Source: a virus
DNA length: 64,000 bases
Virus record (IMG/VR): IMGVR_UViG_3300031707_000003
Location: 1-64,000 of that record
Strand: one strand, 5' to 3'
Position numbers and translations under genes: made by a program. The notes below the pieces were generated by a model that ran no database searches, was not told the origin of the DNA, and saw only the letters and a program-made list of their open reading frames with translations. This document shows positions 46,801 to 55,168 of this stretch, in pieces (within the stretch, counting starts at the first letter, position 1; each line of letters starts with the position of its first letter).

Positions 46801-47192
46801 GCATCCTCGCGGCGAACGAAACGTTCACGACGCAGACGCTTGCCTTCCAGGCTCTCGTCAACACACCCGTTCCCGTGCTCTTGGTAACCCTACCGGACCC
46901 GGCGTCCTTTGCTCGCGGCATTCTTACCGTGGACCTCGATACCCGAACCACGCAGGCTCAGACGCGGTTGGCTTACCTCACCAACCCAGGGACGGGTCCG
47001 ATCGCCAAGATTCAGAAGGCACTCACCGGCTCGGATCGCCTTTATGACAAGCGGTATTCGTGGATTGATGCCCGGATCAACCAGGAGACAGGCTACCTCG
47101 TGAAAGAGCAGCGTGCCGTGGCTGATCGAATCAAGGCGCAAGCAGATATCTTGAACCAGCTCATCAAACTCCTCACCGTACAGGGGTCGTAA
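40887..47192 (+). CDS. Giant multi-domain baseplate/fibre protein (2101 aa)
   Basis: Repeated beta domains (five TD...F...GV..GD.....SG...G units; four TGNLNF/W..D units); C-terminal coiled coil. Confidence 0.75.
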   Translation: MGFSIRGYVLEPPRVGQSNSPFTSSPANFISDPVAFGIAYPNTEANPRADYLTLVTNEGVGGLLRNASFGWTKNEVVRRFDYASRDGRFKPLPGGTIVTAGPIGPNSNTQRLKAVPAPLQALADAPFRLSIGTVGSGNTQTVVLVLNDGAFGAPPAGTTELSLATGNLNWNPSDLVAYDGQVLRYQQQAYFDYDKSTGDIGLINAPVLLLNPIPGTGQFPLIRIGFSLYLTPIERPNEAGFSPDPAAGTVEWALNTGRLKFHSADIAAHLGFPIYYDGTLFAIALQLPRQSIGLIDAPTPIVGLPPDGGDIIFDLPSHVPYVQFAQVVRTTTFDAVGKANEVQVNPGTGAVQFSVSDRAIYTGSPVEVVFGDLVIDHGVSIRLFRTPVNLDASSTTKDVTTIYAVQNAVWASPIIGSPQVFLPSVPIDALAYPLTVSVVQGTGSFTGTLNRLDVPGPPPGLGYFIDFDARTFHYAQRKNQTLIPLLQSSGTVALPDPLVLPGNVVLELETGTGTGIYNPLTIGTDVLLDPTPGLATFTTTQGLTIATGATASFSGLTFTDAAGGFVAAGVQPGDFIVISSSAAKGVYTVAAVVSPTQLTTDVVAQTPSLTGPPAPVSVTNAAYTIERGKEILADRFFQEVVLIDPSTMLERIRGIGVIQNATVIVATQNATFPDFLTLSDPLTNFITSGVQVGDTILLNSGPDTGTTRTVTFVEQNKLTVASNLPFAFLTAATYSITRRLRIPISSIGTSRFRFGLNTLSTSVNPVPNDSSFTNPVTLLSGIVEVSQVTGNLNFSNADIVPALQIYWIRKLTPRIDYKLSPQLGLIQFTDRMLSFEEVLVTYTPAPPVTTPPTPAGPLVQERATFLVRKEQSQPHPTPTNTVSFNPTGRTVADNPPPAVFRGGRPQQTGVQCNVDLAAFTVTFLPDAQVTDVIPHGAIIGPSERVLVDYFVFEALGGEKTTTILQPPMLTALVNITEGDNFFVVHGDQTTNFPAGFLMRIEQEEVYLIGASSYDVGADLTTVTLFGAQTFQNSYSDPKIFVSSGPTRLTSFLFFPAYFTPELQAYDPVARGMNKIFVFGDRTSSYRSGVTVYFTDGTSSFSDFIQVTGAQFHADTGKTEVTLAANALRQYMHGPQILQYTVRPIFEEGTTTALTSKAPVLTQPYSLFRRAEGEAGILLLAPTDYQIDDAGAVKYTPALRPKEEVSIFYTGHRIVGAGPRVRASYTFSIAPTAANGLEGQILQANYYVFSPDNFYYRVETLTNFKGEVAQEIQAAAQAGSPSSGPQTSNSSSPQLFQQGRESVFFPEGHLANQDLVARGSLKFFNDAVNYLEDALHALDGRVVGGNNGRFLFDGNITNPVRPNPAAVTNQIDDKLVVSPFPLPSGTTQAIYLQGPYSRFFKNLRDLFATSPAMVSGSTGDGDAIAKATFNNLSSLPTVAFKRTPRAQIQFDYPYGTTTFTVDNANGTNDALQRPSFVNQMRVVIEDPQGRFFVLDSDTATVSSFTATTVTISVGAHSPTPGPDPGFLPAGSTIYLSPSDANTSLEKGDYPPAAGTNGAYMMQYRFGHDLDFNLSTGEFLFSERSFPYNGILSILPPLVRPFGPFFDTFPVQNGDILQVFGAGLNISATAPDKFPALYGGTTNDDRDQALPIVGPTFDGELTAAGGGPLNVEITAEQPVTGTIRLATTAPYLGTGSLDVTTTIITDANPSFPAPLPQVHDLVRILTGLNGATEFRRITVVGVNTITVDSPFVVQDAGFSYTIAVSSTTVTGTATLAGTTLTDALALFTTTAQIGWTVVMTSGPNIAERRQIVTVVSNTQLTLDSAFSSPVIGGTYRIDNPLDTYGGPLTILAAISSAVATELATINTNPNSEQAALLAFLATIFTTIVSSVNGSVTVLTQLTDITANYITSGVNTSHLVYIQTGTNAGIYSIASVDSPTQITVQTPFPVAGAGITYQIVSYFGAGLMTFQDIFSILAANETFTTQTLAFQALVNTPVPVLLVTLPDPASFARGILTVDLDTRTTQAQTRLAYLTNPGTGPIAKIQKALTGSDRLYDKRYSWIDARINQETGYLVKEQRAVADRIKAQADILNQLIKLLTVQGS

Positions 47193-47194
47193 TC

Positions 47195-47377
47195 ATGTCG
47201 GACGAAACCAAGCCCAAGGAAGAGACACCCGCTCCCGAAGCCCCCAAGTGGGAGTACAAGACGGAGTTCGGCATCAACACTCAGATGCGTGAGGTCGTTC
47301 GGTTGACGGTCTCGGCAACCGAAGCGGAGATCAAACTCCTCCGCCGTAAGCTCGAAAAACTCCAGTACGGCTCTTGA
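47195..47377 (+). CDS. Small coiled-coil protein
   Basis: 60 aa filling the gap between structural genes. Confidence 0.6.
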   Translation: MSDETKPKEETPAPEAPKWEYKTEFGINTQMREVVRLTVSATEAEIKLLRRKLEKLQYGS

Positions 47378-47386
47378 AGGGGTAAC

Positions 47387-49522
47387 ATGGCCGCGACTCC
47401 CAATTGGCAAGCATTCAAGATCCAGATCCCTGGTCAGGATCTCTTGGAAGGCGTCCGGTCTGTCCTTGAGACCTTGCTTATCTTTTTGGAGATCCTGAAG
47501 GCCATCCTGGAGACGATCAAGGCGTTCCTTATCGACTTCGGAAACCCTATCAAGGCTCTCGTCGAAGCCCTGATCAAGTTGATCCTTACGCTCTTCGAGG
47601 CCCTCAAGCGAACGGGTATCTATGCTCTGTTCGACATCCCAAACCCATCCCTCGATCCCAACTTCGTCAACCATAGTGGTGGCTTCGCCGCGTTCACGAC
47701 TCGCTTCCGAGGGTCCCTTTTCGACACCAAGGATCCGAACCGTCCGCAACCCATCGCAGGGGCCACCCAGAGCGGGTTCGTTCTCATCGTTGCTGACGCC
47801 GAGGCCGCGATCGGGCTCATTCGCCTCATTCGAATCCTGCTCAGGTTCTTCGGCAAGGAGTTCCTGAACCCGAAGTACGCACCCCCGGCCAACTTCAAGG
47901 TGCTGCCTGTCGGATCGAAAGGGGACCCGCTTCTCTCGATCGTGAAAGTCTTCCAGGAAAAGCCGAAGTCCCTCGTTGTGGAGTGGACGCTCCCTCAAGG
48001 CACGCGAGCTGGAGACCCAGGCTTCGCGGATCTCTTAGGATCCGTCGCGACCGAGTTCGTCCCCCCTCGGTTTCTCATAGAGAAGAGTGAGGTCAGTCCC
48101 AACGGTGAGATCCCCGACACTCAATTGGGGAATGCTAGCGCTACCGGGCGGGTAACTACGCTTGTCGACACCAACTTCGAGGTCCGGGGGCAGCCGGGTA
48201 AGATCATCCAGCGCAAGGTCCGGCTGAACGATACGGATGGGGACCCTTTCATCAAAGCCCAGAAGTACATCGTGATCGACACGAGCAACAACACCGCGAC
48301 CTTCCTCTTGGGTCAGCTCGGGACGTTCCGTTACATCGACCACGACGTTGTGCCCGACAAGACCTACTGGTACCGCGTGCGAGCCTACAGCGGCAATCTC
48401 ACATTGAGTGGTACCAGCGTCCCATTCAAGGTCGTGAAGAACGTCGTGGAGAAGGCCGCCTATGTCGAGTGGCCTGGGGACACGCCCACCATGGGGAAGG
48501 CCACCCCGTTCGTTCGTGTGCGGATGCCCAACGTCCCCAATTTTGACGTGATCGAGAACCTGAAGCGTGTCTTCCAAACGGCCTTCTCGTTCAACTTCCA
48601 TCTCCCGCCCGCCCAGGGCTCGCAATTCGACGCGTCCGGATTGCCGCTGAATGACGCGACCCCGGCGTCCCAGGTGGGGACAGGTTCGCTCACGAAGTTT
48701 GCCGGTCCTCTCGCCTCTTTCCAAGCGATTCCTGCGGTGGGTACAGCCATCTCCAAATCGCTCGCTGCCAACCCCGCGACGGGGGCGCCCGACGATCTGC
48801 CATGGCAGAGGACCAGCGTTCGAGCCAACTCGACTCGGCTCGCGAACATCGTTTCGGGGGCTATGTTGGAGAGCGGGTCGGCGGATGCCTTCCGGCAGCT
48901 CATGCAAGGACCACCGCCCAAGGCACCCACGACCGCGAAACTCCCGTCTACATCGATCTCAGCCATGGTGTTCGCTCTGACGGACATCCAGGCTGATGGC
49001 ACGGTCAGCCAGGACACCGCCATCCTCTACTCAAACGCCTTTACGGACGCCAACGCCCGAGTAGACATCTTGTCGGTCATCAACTTCATCAAGGGGTTCA
49101 CCCTTGGGGGTGTCCCGCCGGACTGGATCCAGATCAGCATCCTTCGCGACATCATCCCTTGGTCGGGGCAGATGCTCTACGAGCTGATCGCGAAGATCCA
49201 AGCGCTCCTCGACGCCTTCAAGGGGATGCTCGACGAGATCAAGAACTTCATCGACCTCATCATCCGCAAGATCAATGTCTTGGAGCAGTTCATCGCGTAC
49301 CTCCTGTCGATCCTCGACTTCATCGACGCTCTTTCGGCCGGATTTTTCGTTCTGGCCGTCCCGGAAACGGGTGGCGACGCCGGTACATGGGCAAGCCTCG
49401 TTGAAAACGCAGGTGGGGACAAGCCGCCAAGCGGACCGGGTGGGTATACCGCCGGGATTTCCCTGGCCTATGTGGCGGTGGACGTCGGGGCCTTCGTCGC
49501 GGCGTTCAAGCTCATCTTCTAG
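47387..49522 (+). CDS. Baseplate-region protein with amphipathic helical termini and FN3-like centre
   Basis: LETLLIFLEILKAILETIKAFL and LIAKIQALLDAFKGMLDEIKNFIDLI helices; YIDHDVVPDKTYWYRVRAY FN3 motif. Confidence 0.7.
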   Translation: MAATPNWQAFKIQIPGQDLLEGVRSVLETLLIFLEILKAILETIKAFLIDFGNPIKALVEALIKLILTLFEALKRTGIYALFDIPNPSLDPNFVNHSGGFAAFTTRFRGSLFDTKDPNRPQPIAGATQSGFVLIVADAEAAIGLIRLIRILLRFFGKEFLNPKYAPPANFKVLPVGSKGDPLLSIVKVFQEKPKSLVVEWTLPQGTRAGDPGFADLLGSVATEFVPPRFLIEKSEVSPNGEIPDTQLGNASATGRVTTLVDTNFEVRGQPGKIIQRKVRLNDTDGDPFIKAQKYIVIDTSNNTATFLLGQLGTFRYIDHDVVPDKTYWYRVRAYSGNLTLSGTSVPFKVVKNVVEKAAYVEWPGDTPTMGKATPFVRVRMPNVPNFDVIENLKRVFQTAFSFNFHLPPAQGSQFDASGLPLNDATPASQVGTGSLTKFAGPLASFQAIPAVGTAISKSLAANPATGAPDDLPWQRTSVRANSTRLANIVSGAMLESGSADAFRQLMQGPPPKAPTTAKLPSTSISAMVFALTDIQADGTVSQDTAILYSNAFTDANARVDILSVINFIKGFTLGGVPPDWIQISILRDIIPWSGQMLYELIAKIQALLDAFKGMLDEIKNFIDLIIRKINVLEQFIAYLLSILDFIDALSAGFFVLAVPETGGDAGTWASLVENAGGDKPPSGPGGYTAGISLAYVAVDVGAFVAAFKLIF

Positions 49523-49563
49523 GAGGGCTGTTTTCCTCTTGTAACCCCACAGGATCGGGCAGT

Positions 49564-50310
49564 ATGAGCTTCGATTTCAAAGGCACGTTCACGAAGAGCC
49601 AGTTCGACAGGTTTTCAACCTTCGTTCGGGCTCAAACGTCCACGATCGACGCTCGTATCGCTCACTTGAAGGCGGAGCAGGCTCGGATAGGCAACCTCGC
49701 GTTCGCGTTCGACGCAGGAGGGGTGCCTACAGCAATGTCTGCGGACCCTCCGACCTCAACGTACGTTGGCAAGCTTTTCGGTGTCTACGAGGGCCTCGGC
49801 GGCGATGCTGAGTTCGACCTCCAAGTCCGAAGCACGGGGCAGGCGATTTTCCGGGCTACGGGGGATGAGACCAAAACGCCCCAGCAGATGAGCAACGGTG
49901 ACGTTCTCGGGACTCCCGGCCTCTCGGATGCTCAGACTGCGAACTCGATGGGGCAGGCGAGCGCCTGGGTACAAGACATTCTGACCTACCGCCGCGAAGC
50001 CCTAGAACGGAAGATCCGTCGGGCGGTCGACTACGGGGACCAGCTCCAAGTTGAGATCAACACGCTCAACCGGATCAAAGCGGACGCCACGATCAACGGA
50101 GCGCTGGAGTTCATCCTCAACGGGATCAACGCATTGATCTCGGATCGTCAATACCTCGCGGCATCGAACGACAGCAGCAAGCCTGACCCGCACGGAAAAC
50201 TCGCGTACGCTCCGTTCGCCGCTTACATGCCCGGTCCAGACCGGTCTGAGGTCACGGACTTCGAGCGCACACTCGATGGGCCCGCCGTACCGGAAGGGAC
50301 GGGGACGTGA
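49564..50310 (+). CDS. Hypothetical baseplate-region protein
   Basis: 248-aa helical ORF; GTGA overlap with next gene. Confidence 0.65.
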   Translation: MSFDFKGTFTKSQFDRFSTFVRAQTSTIDARIAHLKAEQARIGNLAFAFDAGGVPTAMSADPPTSTYVGKLFGVYEGLGGDAEFDLQVRSTGQAIFRATGDETKTPQQMSNGDVLGTPGLSDAQTANSMGQASAWVQDILTYRREALERKIRRAVDYGDQLQVEINTLNRIKADATINGALEFILNGINALISDRQYLAASNDSSKPDPHGKLAYAPFAAYMPGPDRSEVTDFERTLDGPAVPEGTGT

Positions 50311-51446
50311 GTTACGATCGCCAAATCGATCAGGTCTGCCACCACTTGGTGGCCGAAGAGGCCCTCTTCGTGGAGACCGATTACTTGACGGTCCGCCCAC
50401 TTCGTCCCATCGCCTCCTCGAACTCCGTTCGCGTGCGGTTGGATGGCGCCTTCGAGGTCCCTTCAGTGGGTGTGGCCTCACCGGGGACTAGCGCGGGCAC
50501 CAAAGAGGGTCCGTTCAACATCATGCAGGGTGTGAACGACACCTTTGTCGTTTCGGTCAATCAGGGGGCCCCGCAAACGGCCGTCATCCCAACGGCTAAC
50601 AAGCTCCCCGTGGACCGGCTTGTGGACCTCCTCGACAGGTCCTTCCAAGGGCTCTCTTTCGAGCTGCTCGGGAATCGCATCGCCTTCCGAACGACATCCA
50701 AGGGTCGGGGGGCCAGCGTCTTCATTTTGCCCACAAGCACGTTGGCGGCCACCCTTGGGATTGCGGTGAACCGCGAGTTTCGAGGGCAGCAAGTAGCTCC
50801 CGGTTGGACGCTCGTGAGCGCCCCCAACACGCTCCCGGATCGCCCCCTTCGGCTCATCATCTTTGATCAGCCCCTTCGCAGCGGCTCGGATTTCGTCGAG
50901 ATCAACTACACGACCACTCGGCAAGAGTGCCGTAGGTGTGGTGGAACGGGGGTCGAAAACGACTTCCGTTACGGCCTACACGGCGACCCCGTTCAAGTTC
51001 GCGATGAGGCTCTACTCATCCAAGAGCTACAGAAGAACTTCTACACGATCCGAGGGACGAACCCGTTTCACATCTGGTACGGGACCGGTCTCTTGGAAAC
51101 CATCGGCAAGAAGCTCTCAGCCGGTGGGCTCATCCAGAACCTCATCGTCTCGGATATTTACCAGGCATTCAACCGTTGGCAGAGCATCAAGCGGCAGCAA
51201 GAAGAGAAGGTCGGTCAGAACGTCTCTGACAAGGAGTACCCCCTTCGCTTGCTTTCCGTTGATCTCCAGCAGAGCACACAGGATCCCACGGTGGTTTTCG
51301 TCAGCATCACGGTCCAGAACCGATCGAACGACCCTATCCAGTTGGAGCGGGGCCTCAAGCTTCCTCAGCCGTCGGACCTCTTGGGCTCAACAGCTCAACA
51401 GGGTGTCATTCGGCAATCCCTCAGCGACTTTGTCCTTACCGGGTGA
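50307..51446 (+). CDS. gp25-like baseplate wedge/sheath initiator with Zn motif and sheath-type insertion
   Basis: LLIQELQKNFYTIRGTNPFHIWYGTGL..IGKK..DPTVVFVSITVQN; CRRCGGTG; GPFNIMQGVNDTF domain shared with sheath. Confidence 0.75.
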   Translation: MSYDRQIDQVCHHLVAEEALFVETDYLTVRPLRPIASSNSVRVRLDGAFEVPSVGVASPGTSAGTKEGPFNIMQGVNDTFVVSVNQGAPQTAVIPTANKLPVDRLVDLLDRSFQGLSFELLGNRIAFRTTSKGRGASVFILPTSTLAATLGIAVNREFRGQQVAPGWTLVSAPNTLPDRPLRLIIFDQPLRSGSDFVEINYTTTRQECRRCGGTGVENDFRYGLHGDPVQVRDEALLIQELQKNFYTIRGTNPFHIWYGTGLLETIGKKLSAGGLIQNLIVSDIYQAFNRWQSIKRQQEEKVGQNVSDKEYPLRLLSVDLQQSTQDPTVVFVSITVQNRSNDPIQLERGLKLPQPSDLLGSTAQQGVIRQSLSDFVLTG

Positions 51447-51449
51447 TCG

Positions 51450-54400
51450 ATGGCAACAGCGCCCCAAATTGCTCTTCGCGACGGTTCTGGGTTCACGACG
51501 AACCTCGTCTTCACGACGAACCAAGACTCCACCACCATTGTGGGGACGGTGGACGTCAACACGTCAGTCATCCAGGTGTCGATCAACGGGGCCGCCTTCG
51601 TTTCGGATCCAACGCTGGTCAGTTTCGCACTCCAGACCTTCACGGTCCCTAACTTGGCGTCGTTCCCCACGGGGCTGCTTTTGGAGGTGGGACTCAACAC
51701 CATCCAGCTCCGCACGATCGACATCGTAGGTGGTGTCTCGGCCATCTCGACGGTCGCGATCACAAGGGTACGGTCGATTGACAGCAGCGCAGCCCCCATT
51801 CCGACGGGCATCCGAGTCCATCGCCGCCGCAACTCCGTAGACTTGTTGGCAGGGAAGCCCCAGACGGCCACGCTCATTGTCCCGAGCGGTCAAAGTGGCA
51901 GCGGTAGCATCACCCCTTTCCAAACGGGCCTCCTTGTCACCGTAGACACCCCGACCCCCATTGGGTTCAATTTCTATGCTGCGACGGCACCGGCGGGCGG
52001 TTCCACGGGGTACTTCAAGCTCAACGCCAAGCCGATTCTAACTTCGACCGTCTTCGAGGAGGATGTTCTCGGGACGCTGGACGACTTCGCGGTCTGGGAC
52101 AACATCGATCACAACACAGTCCGCATCCGGGTAACTGAAGAGGATGGTTTCGGCAACGAGCTGGCCGTTCGACTCGACTCGTTCCACGACACCTCCACAT
52201 TAGCAGGACGGCTACGATTCCAGAGTACGACAGATAACTTCGTCCTCAACGAGTTCGTGACGTTCAACCACATCCGAACGGGAGCCCCCGGCACCCTCAA
52301 CTCCGATCAGTTCTCAAACGTCTCCAACAACGACCCCCTGTACTACGTGATCACGGGCGTTTACTTCGATCAGACCACCAACACAGAGATCGAGACCCCC
52401 TTCTCACAAGAAGTTTTGGGTACCCCGCTCGTTCTCGACACCTCGATTCGAGACCTACCTGGTCGCAACCAGACGCAGATCGTTACCGACTACATCAACT
52501 CGGTTCAGCGGGTCAACACCGAGATCAGCCTCATTCCTGGATCGACGACTCGGGATATCAACGTCGACCCGTTCGCCTCCGAGGCGGAGCGCATCTGGTT
52601 TCTCGTCGACTTCGTTCATCGCAGCCAGAGCTTCCTCACGCTCCTCGCGATCGACAATGTGAGCGGAAGCGGGATTTCGGATCCCGTGGCAAGCAGCGCC
52701 TACAAGCAAGCTCTCAAGGCCGCTGTTGGGTACACAAGCGACGACACAGTCCAGTCGCTCATCGATCAGCAGTTCGACAAGCTCGCAGCCAATGACAACG
52801 TGTCGAGGCTTGCGGGTCGTCCGTCGGTCGGACAGGTCGTCATCTACACGCCGACGAAGCCCACGACCGACCTCGTCATCCCAGCGGGCACCTTCGTTAC
52901 CTCCGATGCAGATGCTACAACGGGCATCCCTGCTCAGCGCTACCGCATCGGCGGCTCTTTCGTGCTTCCCGTCGTAGGTGCTGAGGCCTTCTTCAACTTC
53001 AACACGAAGCGTTACGAGATCACTGCCGATATCGTTGCGGAGAACATCGGTGGGGCTGGTAACAGACCTGCGGGGACCATCAACTCGATCCTCGGGGTCT
53101 CCGGGGTCTCGGCCGTTAACACGGAAGCAACAGTCTTCGGTGACGACCGTGAGTCCAACGCCGACCTTTCGTCGCGGGCCATCCTCGGTTTCGCCTCGGT
53201 CGACACGGGTACCGAAGGCGGCTACGCGGCCACCGCTGCGGCCGAACTAGGGGTCATTAAGGCCAAGATCGTCAAGAGCGGCGACTCGCTCATGATGCGT
53301 GACTACGACGATGTTCGTCACAAGCACATCGGTGGGAAAGTCGACATCTACATCCAGGGTCTTCGTGAGCGACAGGTCTCGGAGAAGTTCGCCTTCACGT
53401 TCGACATCGCTCGCGACATCCAGATCCAGATTATCGATCTGACGAACCTGATCTTCCGCGTTCTCGACTCACGTGTCACGGCACAGACGCCGATCATCGA
53501 GATCCTGAACAACCCGCTCCAGGGACTTGGCGTACACAATGTGACGTCTGGCCTCGACTACGATCTCACGGGCGTCATCATCGTCGACTACCAGACGTTC
53601 CAGATCAACACGTCGATCGCCCAGCCCCCCACGTTCATCGACGACATCATCAACGCCGATTACCGCTTCCGTGTCATCAACCAGTTCCTCTTCACGCTTC
53701 AGCCCGTTCGTCGCGTCATCTCCGTCGTTGGTGAGGTCGCGGGGCCGCTTGACCCCGCCAACAACTACCAGCTCTACAAGACCGACGACCCTCTCATCAC
53801 GGGAGAGAGCACCATCGCTCTCGACAACCTCTCGATCATCCAATTCGGGGGTAAGCCGAGCGGCGACACCATCACGATCAACGATGAACCCCACACCCTG
53901 ATCGGGTTCGTCCAAGAGCCTCTCGACTCGATCGGGATCAATACGGCTACGATCAAGGTCTTCAACGCACCGCGTACGATCCAGTACAATGGCCCTGGCT
54001 CCGCGTTGCCCGACTATGACGTCGTAGAGGGGACCCCCACGACTCCTGCGAAGATCGTGAGGACCTCGTCTTCGGCCATCGATAACGGTCTGGCGGTATC
54101 AGTTGACTACGTTCACGACGAGAACTTCACGGTCACGTACGTCATCAACGACCTGCTCCAAGCGCTCCAGCAGATCATCAACAACAAGCGTCACGTGACA
54201 GCCGACGTCTTGGTGAAGCAGGCCATCGAGAACCAGATCGACATCGAAACGACTGTCCAGCTCAACAAGGGTGCGACCAAGGACAAGACCGACCCCGCCG
54301 TGCGGTCGAACGTCTCTTTGGAGCTGAACAAGAAAGTGATTGGACAGGGGATCGCCCAATCGGACGTCATCCACGCCATCGACGCGACTCCAGGTGTCGA

Positions 54401-54950
54401 CTTCCAGGTCGTCCCCTTCGCACGGATGGCTTATGCGGACGGCTCCAGGAAGCTACGTGAGGCGGTCCTCTCGACCTTCGTTCGTGTGGGCTCGCTCGAC
54501 ATCGGAGGCAACCGCGTCTTCCTTCTGACGAACCCTCTCCAGAACCCCACAATCGACGGTGGTGGCCTCATCACCGAGCACAAGGGAGTCTTTCAGGACG
54601 ACGTGTCTCTCACCCTCTCCAGCGCTCTCACGAACGTTGGGCAGAACCCCAAGCAGGCCTACATCATCGGGTACACGGGTGCGGTGATTGCGGGTTACTC
54701 CGATGACGCCACACTTCTTGCAGCGGGCTTCTTGCCGGATCAACTTGCGGCTGAACGCCTACGACGCACGGCCAACCACGTAGCCATCGCTCTCTCTGGG
54801 GCTGGGCTGCCGCCGGACGACCCGTCGAACCACGCCTACCAGGCGAGCTACATCATCAACAAGGACTCCCGGTCCCATGACATCGTAGCGGCCGACGTCG
54901 AGTTTATCGACTTGGGCAACTTTACGATCACCTATCGGGAAGCGACCTGA
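51450..54950 (+). CDS. Baseplate J-like wedge protein
   Basis: PGSTTRDI, DKLAANDNVSR, IPAGTFV, AENIGGAGN..GTI, GDDRESNADL, GTEGGY, GGKVDIYI motifs. Confidence 0.85.
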   Translation: MATAPQIALRDGSGFTTNLVFTTNQDSTTIVGTVDVNTSVIQVSINGAAFVSDPTLVSFALQTFTVPNLASFPTGLLLEVGLNTIQLRTIDIVGGVSAISTVAITRVRSIDSSAAPIPTGIRVHRRRNSVDLLAGKPQTATLIVPSGQSGSGSITPFQTGLLVTVDTPTPIGFNFYAATAPAGGSTGYFKLNAKPILTSTVFEEDVLGTLDDFAVWDNIDHNTVRIRVTEEDGFGNELAVRLDSFHDTSTLAGRLRFQSTTDNFVLNEFVTFNHIRTGAPGTLNSDQFSNVSNNDPLYYVITGVYFDQTTNTEIETPFSQEVLGTPLVLDTSIRDLPGRNQTQIVTDYINSVQRVNTEISLIPGSTTRDINVDPFASEAERIWFLVDFVHRSQSFLTLLAIDNVSGSGISDPVASSAYKQALKAAVGYTSDDTVQSLIDQQFDKLAANDNVSRLAGRPSVGQVVIYTPTKPTTDLVIPAGTFVTSDADATTGIPAQRYRIGGSFVLPVVGAEAFFNFNTKRYEITADIVAENIGGAGNRPAGTINSILGVSGVSAVNTEATVFGDDRESNADLSSRAILGFASVDTGTEGGYAATAAAELGVIKAKIVKSGDSLMMRDYDDVRHKHIGGKVDIYIQGLRERQVSEKFAFTFDIARDIQIQIIDLTNLIFRVLDSRVTAQTPIIEILNNPLQGLGVHNVTSGLDYDLTGVIIVDYQTFQINTSIAQPPTFIDDIINADYRFRVINQFLFTLQPVRRVISVVGEVAGPLDPANNYQLYKTDDPLITGESTIALDNLSIIQFGGKPSGDTITINDEPHTLIGFVQEPLDSIGINTATIKVFNAPRTIQYNGPGSALPDYDVVEGTPTTPAKIVRTSSSAIDNGLAVSVDYVHDENFTVTYVINDLLQALQQIINNKRHVTADVLVKQAIENQIDIETTVQLNKGATKDKTDPAVRSNVSLELNKKVIGQGIAQSDVIHAIDATPGVDFQVVPFARMAYADGSRKLREAVLSTFVRVGSLDIGGNRVFLLTNPLQNPTIDGGGLITEHKGVFQDDVSLTLSSALTNVGQNPKQAYIIGYTGAVIAGYSDDATLLAAGFLPDQLAAERLRRTANHVAIALSGAGLPPDDPSNHAYQASYIINKDSRSHDIVAADVEFIDLGNFTITYREAT

Positions 54951-55168
54951 TGGACCTCGCCAAGTTGACCCACGAAGAGAGGATGCGGCTCGCGGCGAGC
55001 ATGGTGCAGCCCATCCGATGTGGCGGCACCGAGTACATCGACGGGAAGCTGTATTATCGACTCCAGGGCTGGCTCGTGCCCAGCGATGTAGTGGAGCAAG
55101 GGTGGCCTGCCATCAAAGCCTACCAAAGCACGCATGCACCCTATGTTCTTCGCCGTAGGGGGGTCTGA
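54950..55168 (+). CDS. Small inserted hypothetical protein
   Basis: TGATG overlaps at both ends; RMRLAASMVQPIR motif. Confidence 0.55.
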   Translation: MDLAKLTHEERMRLAASMVQPIRCGGTEYIDGKLYYRLQGWLVPSDVVEQGWPAIKAYQSTHAPYVLRRRGV

